The notes below the pieces were generated by a model. It worked only from the letters and a program-made list of their open reading frames with translations. It was not told the origin of the DNA and made no database searches. A DNA stretch of 64,000 bases from Promethearchaeota archaeon (GTDB lineage Archaea; Asgardarchaeota; Lokiarchaeia; Sigyniarchaeales; SOKP01), in contig JAHPZI010000017.1 in the NCBI GenBank assembly GCA_019058295.1, forward strand, positions 1-64,000, written 5' to 3'. The position numbers and the translations under genes are program-made. This document shows, piece after piece, positions 31,515 to 40,311 of this stretch (position 1 is its first letter; every line of letters begins with the position of its first letter).

Positions 31515-32588
31515 ATGCTGTTTTTAGAAGTCCCTCCTGAAATGATATTTTTAAATCATTTGATGTTATATTTGTCCACTATTGGTTTTGGACTAGCTAT
31601 AACAAATGCTCTAATAATGATATCCCAAATAAAAGATTTAAACGAATTAACCATTTTAGAAAAGAAAGCACATAAAACAAATGGCTGGTTTGCTGTTGGA
31701 ATTTTTTATATACTGTCTGCGTTATGCATTTATTTTGCAGTTTTGCCAAGATTAAATTCAGAAAGGTCCGGGGAATTTTTTATCCCGACTATCTATTGGC
31801 ATACATTTATTGGAGGTATTATAGCATTTACATTACTTACTATAAAATTTTATATCGCTAGATATAAAAAAGATTTTATCTATGAACATGGAAAAATCGT
31901 AGGTCCAATGGGATTCGATGCCTGGGCTATAGCTTATTTCACCTCTAATATTGATTTTTATTTTTATGTAAATCCTACTGCTCATCTCCCGACTCCATTC
32001 TTAATGCCTAATTATTTGGTCTCCTTAATGATTTCAATTTTTATAGGAGTGTGTTTGTTTGCTTCAATAAAAGCCATAAAATTTAAAACATATGGAACAG
32101 CAGAAAAAGGACAAAGCTTACATGGCGTTGCGATGATTTTGCATGGAATTACTTTTGGATATGAAGGAAGCGCTAAGGAATTAGTTGGAACTCCTGTATT
32201 ATATAAATATGTTTTTCCTAAAACTTATGAATTTTTAGAAAGATATGCTAATAGAATCGGATTTGATCTGGATGAGTTGAAAAAAGTTAATTTAAATGAA
32301 GCAATGGAAATAGCGATGAAAAAATTTGCTGAAATTGGGATGGCAGAGAAAATTAAAATAGAATGGATCTCAGATAAAGAATTTACCGTAGAATCAATAA
32401 ATTGTTCAACATCAGTTGTCCGTTCATTTATGGAACCAGATGAATTAACTAATTCGATTTGTCCTTGGGGAATATTAGCGGCAACAATCGCAAACGCGAT
32501 AACAGGAAAACATATTGAAATCGCTCCAAGTGAATTTAATAAAATAGGTGCAAAAAGCACTTTAAAAATAGTAGAAAAAGAAGAATAA
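31515..32588 (+). CDS. Membrane protein (cytochrome b-like TM domain) fused to a V4R-like domain
   Basis: ~5 TM helices with His at helix starts (AHKTNG, WHTFIG). C-terminal FAEIG.A...F.V.S.NC...ICPWG. Confidence 0.65.
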   Translation: MLFLEVPPEMIFLNHLMLYLSTIGFGLAITNALIMISQIKDLNELTILEKKAHKTNGWFAVGIFYILSALCIYFAVLPRLNSERSGEFFIPTIYWHTFIGGIIAFTLLTIKFYIARYKKDFIYEHGKIVGPMGFDAWAIAYFTSNIDFYFYVNPTAHLPTPFLMPNYLVSLMISIFIGVCLFASIKAIKFKTYGTAEKGQSLHGVAMILHGITFGYEGSAKELVGTPVLYKYVFPKTYEFLERYANRIGFDLDELKKVNLNEAMEIAMKKFAEIGMAEKIKIEWISDKEFTVESINCSTSVVRSFMEPDELTNSICPWGILAATIANAITGKHIEIAPSEFNKIGAKSTLKIVEKEE

Positions 32589-32594
32589 ATCCTT

Positions 32595-32750
32595 TTACTC
32601 CTTTTTTAGTTTTAAATTATCTCTTTGAAGTCCTACTTCTTTAGAACCGGGAAGTGCAGTACCACAATGATCTCTTTTGGCTTCATTAGCTTTAAAAGCA
32701 TTATCAAGCTCTTTTTCTAGTTCCTCATCTGTTATTTCTTTATCAGTCAT
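32595..32750 (-). CDS. Small protein of 51 aa with an acidic N-terminus (not in ORF track)
   Basis: ATG at 32750: MTDKEITDEELEKELDNAFKANEAKRDHCGTALPGSKEVGLQRDNLKLKKE; directly downstream of the FTR gene. Confidence 0.6.
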   Translation of the reverse strand: MTDKEITDEELEKELDNAFKANEAKRDHCGTALPGSKEVGLQRDNLKLKKE

Positions 32751-32798
32751 AATTAACAATGAGAATGTAAAGTATTAAAAAATTAAGATTATAAAATA

Positions 32799-33170
32799 TT
32801 AGTCTTTTTGTTGACTAAAATAATCTAATACTCCCTTATCCTTATCTTCGGGTCTTCTCTCAGGAACTAAGACATACATTACCCCACTGTCATAAAAATT
32901 TGGATGCAAATACAAGTTACAATAACAAGCTTTAAACTCTTTTACATCAAGCGGAGCATAGTCACAGGGACATATTAAATCTCTATCAAGGTCTCTGTTT
33001 CCTGACGCAAGACGACAAGGACAAGATTGATAACCATACTCTTTTTTATTAGATACTAATCCATCAATTAAATCATTGAATATTTCCTCGTCCTTATTCA
33101 AAATCCAGTTATTTTTTTCACAAACCATCTTACAATATTCAATCATCCCTTCTTTTGTTTCCATATTCAT
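32799..33170 (-). CDS. Ferredoxin:thioredoxin reductase catalytic subunit
   Basis: CPCR...D..CPC...CYC motif. Confidence 0.9.
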   Translation of the reverse strand: MNMETKEGMIEYCKMVCEKNNWILNKDEEIFNDLIDGLVSNKKEYGYQSCPCRLASGNRDLDRDLICPCDYAPLDVKEFKACYCNLYLHPNFYDSGVMYVLVPERRPEDKDKGVLDYFSQQKD

Positions 33171-33171
33171 T

Positions 33172-33489
33172 TTAATCAGCTCCAGATTTTAGCATTTTAT
33201 CATATTTTTCCGGATTATATCCCACTATAGCCTTACCATCACAAATGAGAAATGGATAGGATATTCTTTCCTTATATTTTGCCTTAAGAAAATCTAAAAT
33301 TTTCCTCTTATGAGCATATTGAATCTTATCCACATCAATATAACTATATTCTATATCTTTTGAATCTAGGTAACGCTTACACCTTTTACACCATTGACAA
33401 GTTGACAACGTGAAAATTTGGATATCTTGTGACTTATTCGCGCCTTCTACTTTCGTATTTAAGCTTGCAATTAATTCTTCATCCGACAT
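33172..33489 (-). CDS. Glutaredoxin/NrdH-like protein
   Basis: LSTCQWC and SYP..I...IVGY motifs; adjacent to FTR. Confidence 0.88.
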   Translation of the reverse strand: MSDEELIASLNTKVEGANKSQDIQIFTLSTCQWCKRCKRYLDSKDIEYSYIDVDKIQYAHKRKILDFLKAKYKERISYPFLICDGKAIVGYNPEKYDKMLKSGAD

Positions 33490-33577
33490 CTGCTTTTATC
33501 CTTTTTTTTGAGATTTCTTAATTTTAATTAATACAATTATTTATTATTCTTTATATTTTTGAGATTTTCCTTCTATT

Positions 33578-34051
33578 TCATTCTGATTTTTCATTAATGC
33601 TTTCATAATTTTTTTTTAGGTTATCACGCCAGTTAACATCTATACATTCAAAAGCTTGCTCAGTTAATTCTCTTATATCAGCATGACAAGAGTTAAGTAA
33701 AATGCCTAAATGCTCTAGCGCTCTTTTATCACCAATTTTCATCAAACTTTCAATGATAATAAATAATCTATTTTTATTTTGCTTTTTTTCTGGGAGTTCT
33801 AATTCTTGCTTTAAAAATTCAATGATTGACATTGTAGCTTTTGGATGACTTATCTTACCCATCGCTTCAATAATTCGATTAATGACAACAGTATCTTTTT
33901 CAGAGTTAAGTGCTTTTATTAATAAGTTAGTAGCTCGAGCATCTTTTAAATTTCCAAGTTTACTTGCCGCTGCTGCTCTTTGCTCCCATGATTCACCGTG
34001 AAATAAATTCTTTATTGCTTTATTGAAATGTTCATTTTGATTTTCGGACAT
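33578..34051 (-). CDS. HEAT-repeat (PBS lyase-like) protein
   Basis: RAAAASKLG...A...LI.AL and IEAMGKI repeats. Confidence 0.8.
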   Translation of the reverse strand: MSENQNEHFNKAIKNLFHGESWEQRAAAASKLGNLKDARATNLLIKALNSEKDTVVINRIIEAMGKISHPKATMSIIEFLKQELELPEKKQNKNRLFIIIESLMKIGDKRALEHLGILLNSCHADIRELTEQAFECIDVNWRDNLKKNYESINEKSE

Positions 34052-34275
34052 ATCAATCAATAGAAGAGGTCTAAGAAATTATAATTTGTTGGTTATATTT
34101 TATAGATTTTATCTAGGAAATAAAAGCATTTTGAAAGGATATCGACATTATTTTTAATATTTTAGTTAGTATAACATTAATAATTTTAAGGAATAAATTT
34201 AAGTTAATTAACTAAAGATTTGGTAAAATAAATTAAAAATATACAATAAAAAGATTTAGATTTGATACTGATATA

Positions 34276-35322
34276 ATGCCAGATAATTTACCTGAATTCC
34301 CCCTAACTAAACTGCTTTGTATTTCCTATTTTGATGAGATTATTGGCCCAAATTTATTTTATTGTAATGAAGTGTTGACTGAAGCTGTTGATTTTCCAGA
34401 TCTTGGAAAGGTTTTAGAATTCCAAAGTGAGATTGGAACATTTATTTTTGCTTTTCGAAAGTATCAAACTTTAAACCATATCTTCTATATTGATTCCAAA
34501 TTTGCTCGAGGAGGGCAATTTGTGCTCATGATTTCATATATCTTTAGAGCGGCCTATTTTAAAAACGAAATCGTTGATGTTTTTAAATATTTGGAAAGTA
34601 AAAAATCTGTACTTGAAGAGTATGCTTCAGAATTAAAAAAATTAAGAGAATTACCGTCGCTTTTAAAAAAGATCAAGGGAAAAACATCAATAGGAAATCC
34701 TTTAGAACTAAGCTCTAATGATTTTAGAAAGGAATTTCTTCAATTATTTAAAAAATATTTTAATAAATTATCACCAACCTTTCAAATTCAAATCCCACAT
34801 TCTTCAAAAAAGATTTTCATATTTGGAAAAAGATATGCTGGAAAGACTACATTTCTCAAAAATATTGAGGCAATTCAGTTTTATAATCAAACCAATCCTG
34901 ATTTGCCAACACTAATTTATGAATTAGTGATAGATAATATTGAAATCATGACGTACGATAGTATAGAAAGAGATTTTGAATGTGAAACATGTTTAAATTT
35001 TGGAGATTGTTTACATCAAGCTCAGGCTTTTATCCTAATGATTAATATAGCAGAAAAAAATTCTATTGCCGAATTAAAAGAAATGTTCCAAAAAATTGTT
35101 AATAGATGCGAAGAAATAGGGAATGTTAAAACACCCATTTTGATTATTGGAAACAAAATTAACAATAAAGAAGTTATAAATTCAGAAGATATTAATACAA
35201 CTTTCAATCTGAAAGAATTACAGGATTGTGGAATGAAACTTAAATATTTTCCAATAAATATTGCAAAAGAAAAAAAAAAAATTATAAAAGCTTTACGCTG
35301 GTTAATCCACCATATGATTTAA
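34276..35322 (+). CDS. Longin/uDENN-like domain fused to a small (Arf/Rag-like) GTPase domain
   Basis: N-terminal LCISYFDEIIGP. C-terminal IFIFGKRYAGKTT (G1) and ILIIGNKI (G4). Confidence 0.78.
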   Translation: MPDNLPEFPLTKLLCISYFDEIIGPNLFYCNEVLTEAVDFPDLGKVLEFQSEIGTFIFAFRKYQTLNHIFYIDSKFARGGQFVLMISYIFRAAYFKNEIVDVFKYLESKKSVLEEYASELKKLRELPSLLKKIKGKTSIGNPLELSSNDFRKEFLQLFKKYFNKLSPTFQIQIPHSSKKIFIFGKRYAGKTTFLKNIEAIQFYNQTNPDLPTLIYELVIDNIEIMTYDSIERDFECETCLNFGDCLHQAQAFILMINIAEKNSIAELKEMFQKIVNRCEEIGNVKTPILIIGNKINNKEVINSEDINTTFNLKELQDCGMKLKYFPINIAKEKKKIIKALRWLIHHMI

Positions 35323-35422
35323 GATTTGGAGTGCATAATTTTTGAAATATTATTTAATGCTCTTATTTAAATTATAATATATTAGATCAAACTTATTTAT
35401 TACATTTTAATTTATATTTAAT

Positions 35423-35734
35423 ATGTCAGATATTCAATTACCTATTGTGATTACTAAAGAAGGATGCCCACATTGCCATGAATTTAAGGATTGGATGAAG
35501 GAAAACGAGCTTCCTTATGTCGAGAAAGACATTGACGATGAGGAATTTGTACAACAATTATTACAGGACTCTAATTTTGTAGGAATGTTTTGTGATAAAG
35601 AAGGATGTGTTGTGAATACACCAGTTATAATGTGGAAAGGAAAATATTGGTTTAAAGAATTATGGGGTATTTCTGGCCTACGGAAGAAAGAAGCTCAAAA
35701 GATATTTAAAGATTTATTCAAAGTGAAGGCATAA
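35423..35734 (+). CDS. Glutaredoxin-like protein
   Basis: GCPHC and NTP motifs. Confidence 0.82.
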   Translation: MSDIQLPIVITKEGCPHCHEFKDWMKENELPYVEKDIDDEEFVQQLLQDSNFVGMFCDKEGCVVNTPVIMWKGKYWFKELWGISGLRKKEAQKIFKDLFKVKA

Positions 35735-35752
35735 TTATCTTCTTTTTTTTAT

Positions 35753-36352
35753 TTATTCTTTAAATTCCGCTAACCTTTTAATAACTTTTCTAATGCTTTT
35801 CAAACCCTCCTCGTCCTGTTCTACGCCTTTTTTACCTAGGTCCTTGGTCCATAATGAGGCACCTAAATTAGCTCCAAATGCTCCTCCTGAAACGCAAATC
35901 ACATGATTTTGTTGATAAAAATCTAAAATTGATCTTATTGCGATTTCTTGTCCACCACTTCGATCCCCACCAACTGCTAAAGCTACTCCAATTTTGTTTT
36001 TGAATACATTTGGATTTTTGGCAATTAACGCACGACAGCGATCCATGATCGTTTTTAGTTGCCCCGATAAATTCCCTTGAAAAACAGGAGTTCCTAATAA
36101 GAGAAATTTTGCTATTTCTAACTTAGGGTAGAGTTCCGCTAAATTATCAACATGCATACATCCTTTTTTCTCACGAATGCAATAATCGCAATGGACGCAG
36201 AATTTTATGGTCTTTCCTCTAACTGTCCAAAATTCAGTTTCAAATCCAAATTTCTTTGCGGCATAATCCAATGCATATTCAACAGCAAACTCAGTCCCTT
36301 GATTTCGCGGACTTCCACATATACCTAATAGTAGGTTTTTATTTTGAGCCAT
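35753..36352 (-). CDS. Iron-sulfur flavoprotein (Isf/flavodoxin family)
   Basis: GSPR, CVHCDYC......C, GTPVF and GGDRSGGQE motifs. Confidence 0.9.
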   Translation of the reverse strand: MAQNKNLLLGICGSPRNQGTEFAVEYALDYAAKKFGFETEFWTVRGKTIKFCVHCDYCIREKKGCMHVDNLAELYPKLEIAKFLLLGTPVFQGNLSGQLKTIMDRCRALIAKNPNVFKNKIGVALAVGGDRSGGQEIAIRSILDFYQQNHVICVSGGAFGANLGASLWTKDLGKKGVEQDEEGLKSIRKVIKRLAEFKE

Positions 36353-36425
36353 AATATTACTTAATAGTATTATTTTATAAAATTATCCCTAAAAATTTTA
36401 AACGATTAATCTCTATTAAGTAGCA

Positions 36426-37079
36426 ATGGTTTCAGAAAAATCAAGCTTAGCCCGTGTTAAAGTAAAGTTCCCAGATCAGATTTGGATAAGTGAAATCTTT
36501 AAAAAATTCAATGATATTCAAATGGAAATCATTAATTTCCTTCCATATGATCTTGAAAAATCTATTGGAAACGCAATAATCGAGATTATGCATTATCAAA
36601 TTAAATCTATTGTAGAAGTAATCAAGAACCATCCCTCAGTGTTTGAGTTTAGTATATTAGAACAGGAAGAGAACAAAATTAGGTTTAATGTTAAAACAAA
36701 AGATCCTTATTTGTTGTATGGAGTAATAAAATATGGAGTTTTAGTAAATTTCCCGGTTAAGGTCAAGGAGGGTTATGCTTATTGGAGGCTAATTTCAACG
36801 AGGAAAAGAATCGATGATTTATTAACTCTTTTTGAAAATAAAGGAATTGATTTTGAATTATTAAGAATTGGTAATTCTCCTTATGAAATTGATGATCATA
36901 GTTCTAAATTAAGTTTTGAGGAAGATAAAATTTTAGAAAAAGCAATTAGTTCAGGATTTTTTGAAGTTCCTCGAAAAATCTCCTTAGAAGAATTAGCTAA
37001 TGAATTGGGAAAATCTAAATCTGCTTTATCAGTTATGCTGAGAAAAATTATTAAAAAAAAGGTTGTCTTAAAAATTTAA
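36426..37079 (+). CDS. Bacterio-opsin activator-like (HTH_10) transcriptional regulator
   Basis: C-terminal A...GFFEVPRKISLEELA.ELG.SKS.....LRK motif. Confidence 0.85.
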   Translation: MVSEKSSLARVKVKFPDQIWISEIFKKFNDIQMEIINFLPYDLEKSIGNAIIEIMHYQIKSIVEVIKNHPSVFEFSILEQEENKIRFNVKTKDPYLLYGVIKYGVLVNFPVKVKEGYAYWRLISTRKRIDDLLTLFENKGIDFELLRIGNSPYEIDDHSSKLSFEEDKILEKAISSGFFEVPRKISLEELANELGKSKSALSVMLRKIIKKKVVLKI

Positions 37080-37857
37080 ATTTTCCTATTTTGAATAATT
37101 GAACCATCTCTGCCAATGATGGTCTCCTCAACTGAAATTTGGCGATCAATCGTTTGTAGAATTGGATCTAAGAATATTTTAATTTTTTGACAGCAAGGAA
37201 CTTCCATTAACACCAGTTTGATGCTTTCTATTGGATTTAATTTTAAAATTTGCTCCAATTTTTCCAACTCGACTTCTCCAAGACCTAACATCGGACAAAC
37301 TGTTACCAATGGCTTTCCTCTAAGGATTTTTCTGTGAAAATCACCATAAGCAAATGGCGAACAGTCTGAGGCGATTACTAATTCTTTATTATTGAAATAT
37401 GGAGCGGTAGGATTAACTAATGTTAATTTTGTTGGCCATTGTCGTAATGCGGATGGAATTTCCCCTGTAAGTTCAGAATCTTCCCATATTTCCTCAAATA
37501 CTATTGGTTGAGATGATGGACAATTACATTGATGGGTGTGTGTAGATTTCTCCTTTTCCTTCAGTTTTTCTAAGTGGTTTTCTACAGCCTCCTCATCGAA
37601 TGCTACCGCTTCTCTTTCTATGATCCTTAAAGCACCTTCAGGACATTCTCCAATACACGCACCAAGCCCATCACAAAATACATCATTCACAACTTTAGCT
37701 TTTCCATCAATAATTTCGAGGGCGCCTTTTATGCTACATAAGAGATAACTTATGTTTCTGCACAGGCGACCACACAATTACCACAGCCAGTACACAAATC
37801 ATCATCAATTTTAATTATCTTTCTATTCACTAATTTTCCTTTTTCAGTTAAAGTCAT
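37076..37857 (-). CDS. 2[4Fe-4S] ferredoxin-domain protein (hcp-associated FrdX-like), split by a 29-nt intron: exon 1 37857-37758, exon 2 37728-37076, 250 aa
   Basis: GAGGT SD and ATG at 37857 give MTLTEKGKLVNRKIIKIDDDLCTGCGNCVVACA. Removing 37729-37757 continues in frame as EGALEIIDGKAKVVNDVFCDGLGACIGECP...LRQWP...DC...CP...EVPCC. Confidence 0.88.
37729..37757 (-). other. Putative archaeal bulge-helix-bulge (BHB) mRNA intron, 29 nt
   Basis: Intron sequence AAACAUAAGUUAUCUCUUAUGUAGCAUAA. Exon helix CGCCU/AGGCG, central 4-bp helix GUGC/GCAU, bulges AGA and AAA, intron hairpin ACAUAAG/CUUAUGU. Contains an in-frame TAA and its length is not a multiple of 3. Confidence 0.82.
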
Positions 37858-37920
37858 TTTTTTTTACCTCTTTTAGTTCTTATTTAAAGGATAATTAAAA
37901 CTTGATATAATTTTAATCTC

Positions 37921-37930
37921 GAACATGTTC
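37921..37930. promoter_or_regulatory. Palindromic operator candidate GAACATGTTC
   Basis: Perfect 10-bp palindrome 64 nt upstream of the ferredoxin ATG; identical copy at 42326-42335. Confidence 0.55.
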
Positions 37931-38033
37931 TTGTTTTCTATTTCCCTTAAAATTTGGATTATTAAGACTTCGGCATGATATCTAATGTGTTAAGGTTAAA
38001 AAATGAAAAAAAAAAATTAATTGTTTTTTATTC

Positions 38034-38060
38034 TTACTACTCTTCCTACCTAGATTTGGG
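38034..38060. repeat. 27-bp direct repeat, copy 1
   Basis: TTACTACTCTTCCTACCTAGATTTGGG; 25/27 identical to 39144-39170. Confidence 0.8.
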
Positions 38061-39062
38061 TTTCGCAATAATTCCTTTCTTAATTAAAACGATTATTACA
38101 GCAACGCCAGCGCCAATACTAACAAGAACAACAACAATAATAATTAATCCTATTTCAAAACCAGCCTCATCATCATCATCATCGTCATCATCGGGGGTTG
38201 GCAGTGGTGTGGATGTAGCTTCTTTTAATTTGAATAAAATTGCCTTTTCTTTAACACCATTAGTAAAATCAAGAAGATCAATAGAGACATTGTTATAATT
38301 TATCAAATCACCGTTATCTAACCCACTTACAGGATATGTTCTCATAAAAGAGAAGCCATTGACTGATGTAGTATTTTTGTATTGAAATTTAATGTTTCCA
38401 TTTTCATAGAAAATGGCTTGGAATGTTTGGTTCTTATAAGAACCAAATTCTTGAATCCAATAATATTCTATTATTAACTTTCTATTAGGAGCAGTATCCT
38501 TAACTTCATAATACACACCACCATCCGAATCACCTGGATCTAGATCACATCCAAATAGAAAAATACTACCATTAAACATTCCCATATTAGGAGCATTGCA
38601 ATCCTGTGGAATATATGCAAGTTGAACTCCTTCAAATGAATCCCATTCATAATCTGTCGGATCTCCATGATAGGAAAATGTCATCCATCCATTTGTACAC
38701 ACATTAAGATATTCATATACTCGTCCGAAATATTTAAAGTTCCATGCTCCGATTTCTGTGAGATTTAATCTTTGAGAACCATCATCATCATTGGGAAGTC
38801 CACTAGTATCAACAAAGTTTGTCAATCTAGTTCCCGTTTCATTAATTTCAATCCAATTATAGCTCGCATTAATAGTCATAGTATAATTAAAACCAGGATT
38901 CCAGCCAGATGTCTTTAATGTAGCAGTTGAATTTTCATCAATTATTTTATTTTTTGTATTTGCATTATTTTCAATTATAGTTGGAAATACTGGTAAAATC
39001 AAAATTAAAAACAATATAGCAAATAACCGTTCTTTTTTTTTTGTCAAATTTTTATCTACCAA
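38046..39062 (-). CDS. Secreted/surface protein (nidogen-like region) with poly-Asp/TM/basic C-terminal anchor
   Basis: Signal-like N-terminus, F.YFG..Y..LNVCTNGW.TF, FQAIFYENG.I.FQY, and a PTPDDDDDDDD-TM-KK tail. Confidence 0.8.
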   Translation of the reverse strand: MVDKNLTKKKERLFAILFLILILPVFPTIIENNANTKNKIIDENSTATLKTSGWNPGFNYTMTINASYNWIEINETGTRLTNFVDTSGLPNDDDGSQRLNLTEIGAWNFKYFGRVYEYLNVCTNGWMTFSYHGDPTDYEWDSFEGVQLAYIPQDCNAPNMGMFNGSIFLFGCDLDPGDSDGGVYYEVKDTAPNRKLIIEYYWIQEFGSYKNQTFQAIFYENGNIKFQYKNTTSVNGFSFMRTYPVSGLDNGDLINYNNVSIDLLDFTNGVKEKAILFKLKEATSTPLPTPDDDDDDDDEAGFEIGLIIIVVVLVSIGAGVAVIIVLIKKGIIAKPKSR

Positions 39063-39143
39063 ATTTTATTGATAATTAAAGTTTTGACAAAAAAGTATTT
39101 AAAGGTTTTCAAAAAAAAAAAAAAATTGATAATTTTAATATTT

Positions 39144-39170
39144 TTACTACTCTTCCTACCTATATTTAGG
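39144..39170. repeat. 27-bp direct repeat, copy 2 (overlaps the SOR stop codon and 3' UTR)
   Basis: TTACTACTCTTCCTACCTATATTTAGG. Confidence 0.8.
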
Positions 39171-39540
39171 AGGACTTCCATAATCCATGGAGATTGCAAT
39201 ACTCCCGTGCCCAAAGTCCTTCCGTATCATCAACTACGAAGGTTGCTTTGGGTTCATCCCCTGGCTTTAAATTTACCTTTTCATAGAAATTATTACCTAT
39301 TAAGTTAATCCATTGAATCGAGTGTTCTTTAGTCATGGGATGAGGGGACCCCATAGAAATACCAACATCAACAGTTACGTTATTTCCATCAATTGTAATT
39401 TTTGGAACATGTTTCTCACCTTTCCAATCTGCTGTTTGTGGTTCTAATAACTCCATTTCTTGTTTACAACACTCTATATAGTCAGCTGTAGCGAAAAGGA
39501 CCGTCCCGCATTTATTACATTTATAAACTTCTTTTACCAT
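39166..39540 (-). CDS. dfx: Desulfoferrodoxin/superoxide reductase
   Basis: CNKC...CC, EKHVP, HPM...H.I.WI and CNLHG motifs. Confidence 0.92.
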   Translation of the reverse strand: MVKEVYKCNKCGTVLFATADYIECCKQEMELLEPQTADWKGEKHVPKITIDGNNVTVDVGISMGSPHPMTKEHSIQWINLIGNNFYEKVNLKPGDEPKATFVVDDTEGLWAREYCNLHGLWKSS

Positions 39541-39652
39541 ATTGACACCTCTTTATATTATTAATCCTCACTTTTCTTTTTAACGTGTTAAGATTAAGAA
39601 ATTAAATAAAAAAAAAAGATTTTATTTTTAAAAACATATTTGGTGCTGGTAA

Positions 39653-39823
39653 TCACAATTTAATTAAAGCAGCCCCAATAATTCCTACAATGACGCCAAC
39701 AATTATTAGTACCCAGCCAATCATTATCATATCAGCAGAACCAGCAATAATCAAGACAGCACCAATGACGCCTAGTATAGCTGCAACCATATCAATTATG
39801 ATTCCAACTTGTTTAGTTTCCAT
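39653..39823 (-). CDS. Small two-TM membrane protein, 56 aa (not in ORF track)
   Basis: GTGAGGT SD and ATG at 39823: METKQVGIIIDMVAAILGVIGAVLIIAGSADMIMIGWVLIIVGVIVGIIGAALIKL. Confidence 0.75.
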   Translation of the reverse strand: METKQVGIIIDMVAAILGVIGAVLIIAGSADMIMIGWVLIIVGVIVGIIGAALIKL

Positions 39824-39959
39824 TTTTAATACCTCACATTTTATATTAATAAAAGAAAATTTGTTGTATGAATAATTTCAACTTTTAAATATTTAAAACT
39901 TACCAGTATTAAAAGGTAAATTAAGGAAAAAAAAATCAAATTGAAGAAAAAAATTATAT

Positions 39960-40277
39960 TTATTCAGATCTAATCATTATTAGCATCATTTTATACTTTT
40001 CAATTGCTTTTAGAGCGTGTGGCTCATTTGCGGGCATGATAAGCATTTGATCTTTTTTCAGATGGTAAGGTTTGCCACTAATTGTAATTTCTGCTTCACC
40101 ATCAAAGATATAAACAAGAGCATCAAAAGGTGTCGTATGTTCGCTTAATCCTTGATCTTTATCGAAAGCAAAAAGGGTAACAGTACCTACCTTCTTATCG
40201 ATTAAAGTTTTACTCACAACTGAGTTATCTTGATAATCAATCAAACTATTCAGATTTTTAATAGAAGCTACTTCCAT
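39960..40277 (-). CDS. Cupin domain protein
   Basis: TLFAFD.DQGLSEH..PFDA...GEA...MPAN.PHAL motif. Confidence 0.88.
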   Translation of the reverse strand: MEVASIKNLNSLIDYQDNSVVSKTLIDKKVGTVTLFAFDKDQGLSEHTTPFDALVYIFDGEAEITISGKPYHLKKDQMLIMPANEPHALKAIEKYKMMLIMIRSE

Positions 40278-40311
40278 TTCTTTTCCCTCAATACATAAGT
40301 AAAATTATAAA

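Noticed and set aside
37076-37777. ORF-track 233-aa protein starting MCGRLCRNISYLLCSIK
   Set aside because: The N-terminus reads through the insert in the wrong frame and has no SD. The real first 4Fe-4S motif is in the upstream frame starting at ATG 37857.
37921-37930. GAACATGTTC as a LexA/SOS box
   Set aside because: The spacer is 2 nt rather than the 4 nt of GAAC-N4-GTTC, and the adjacent genes are not DNA-repair genes.
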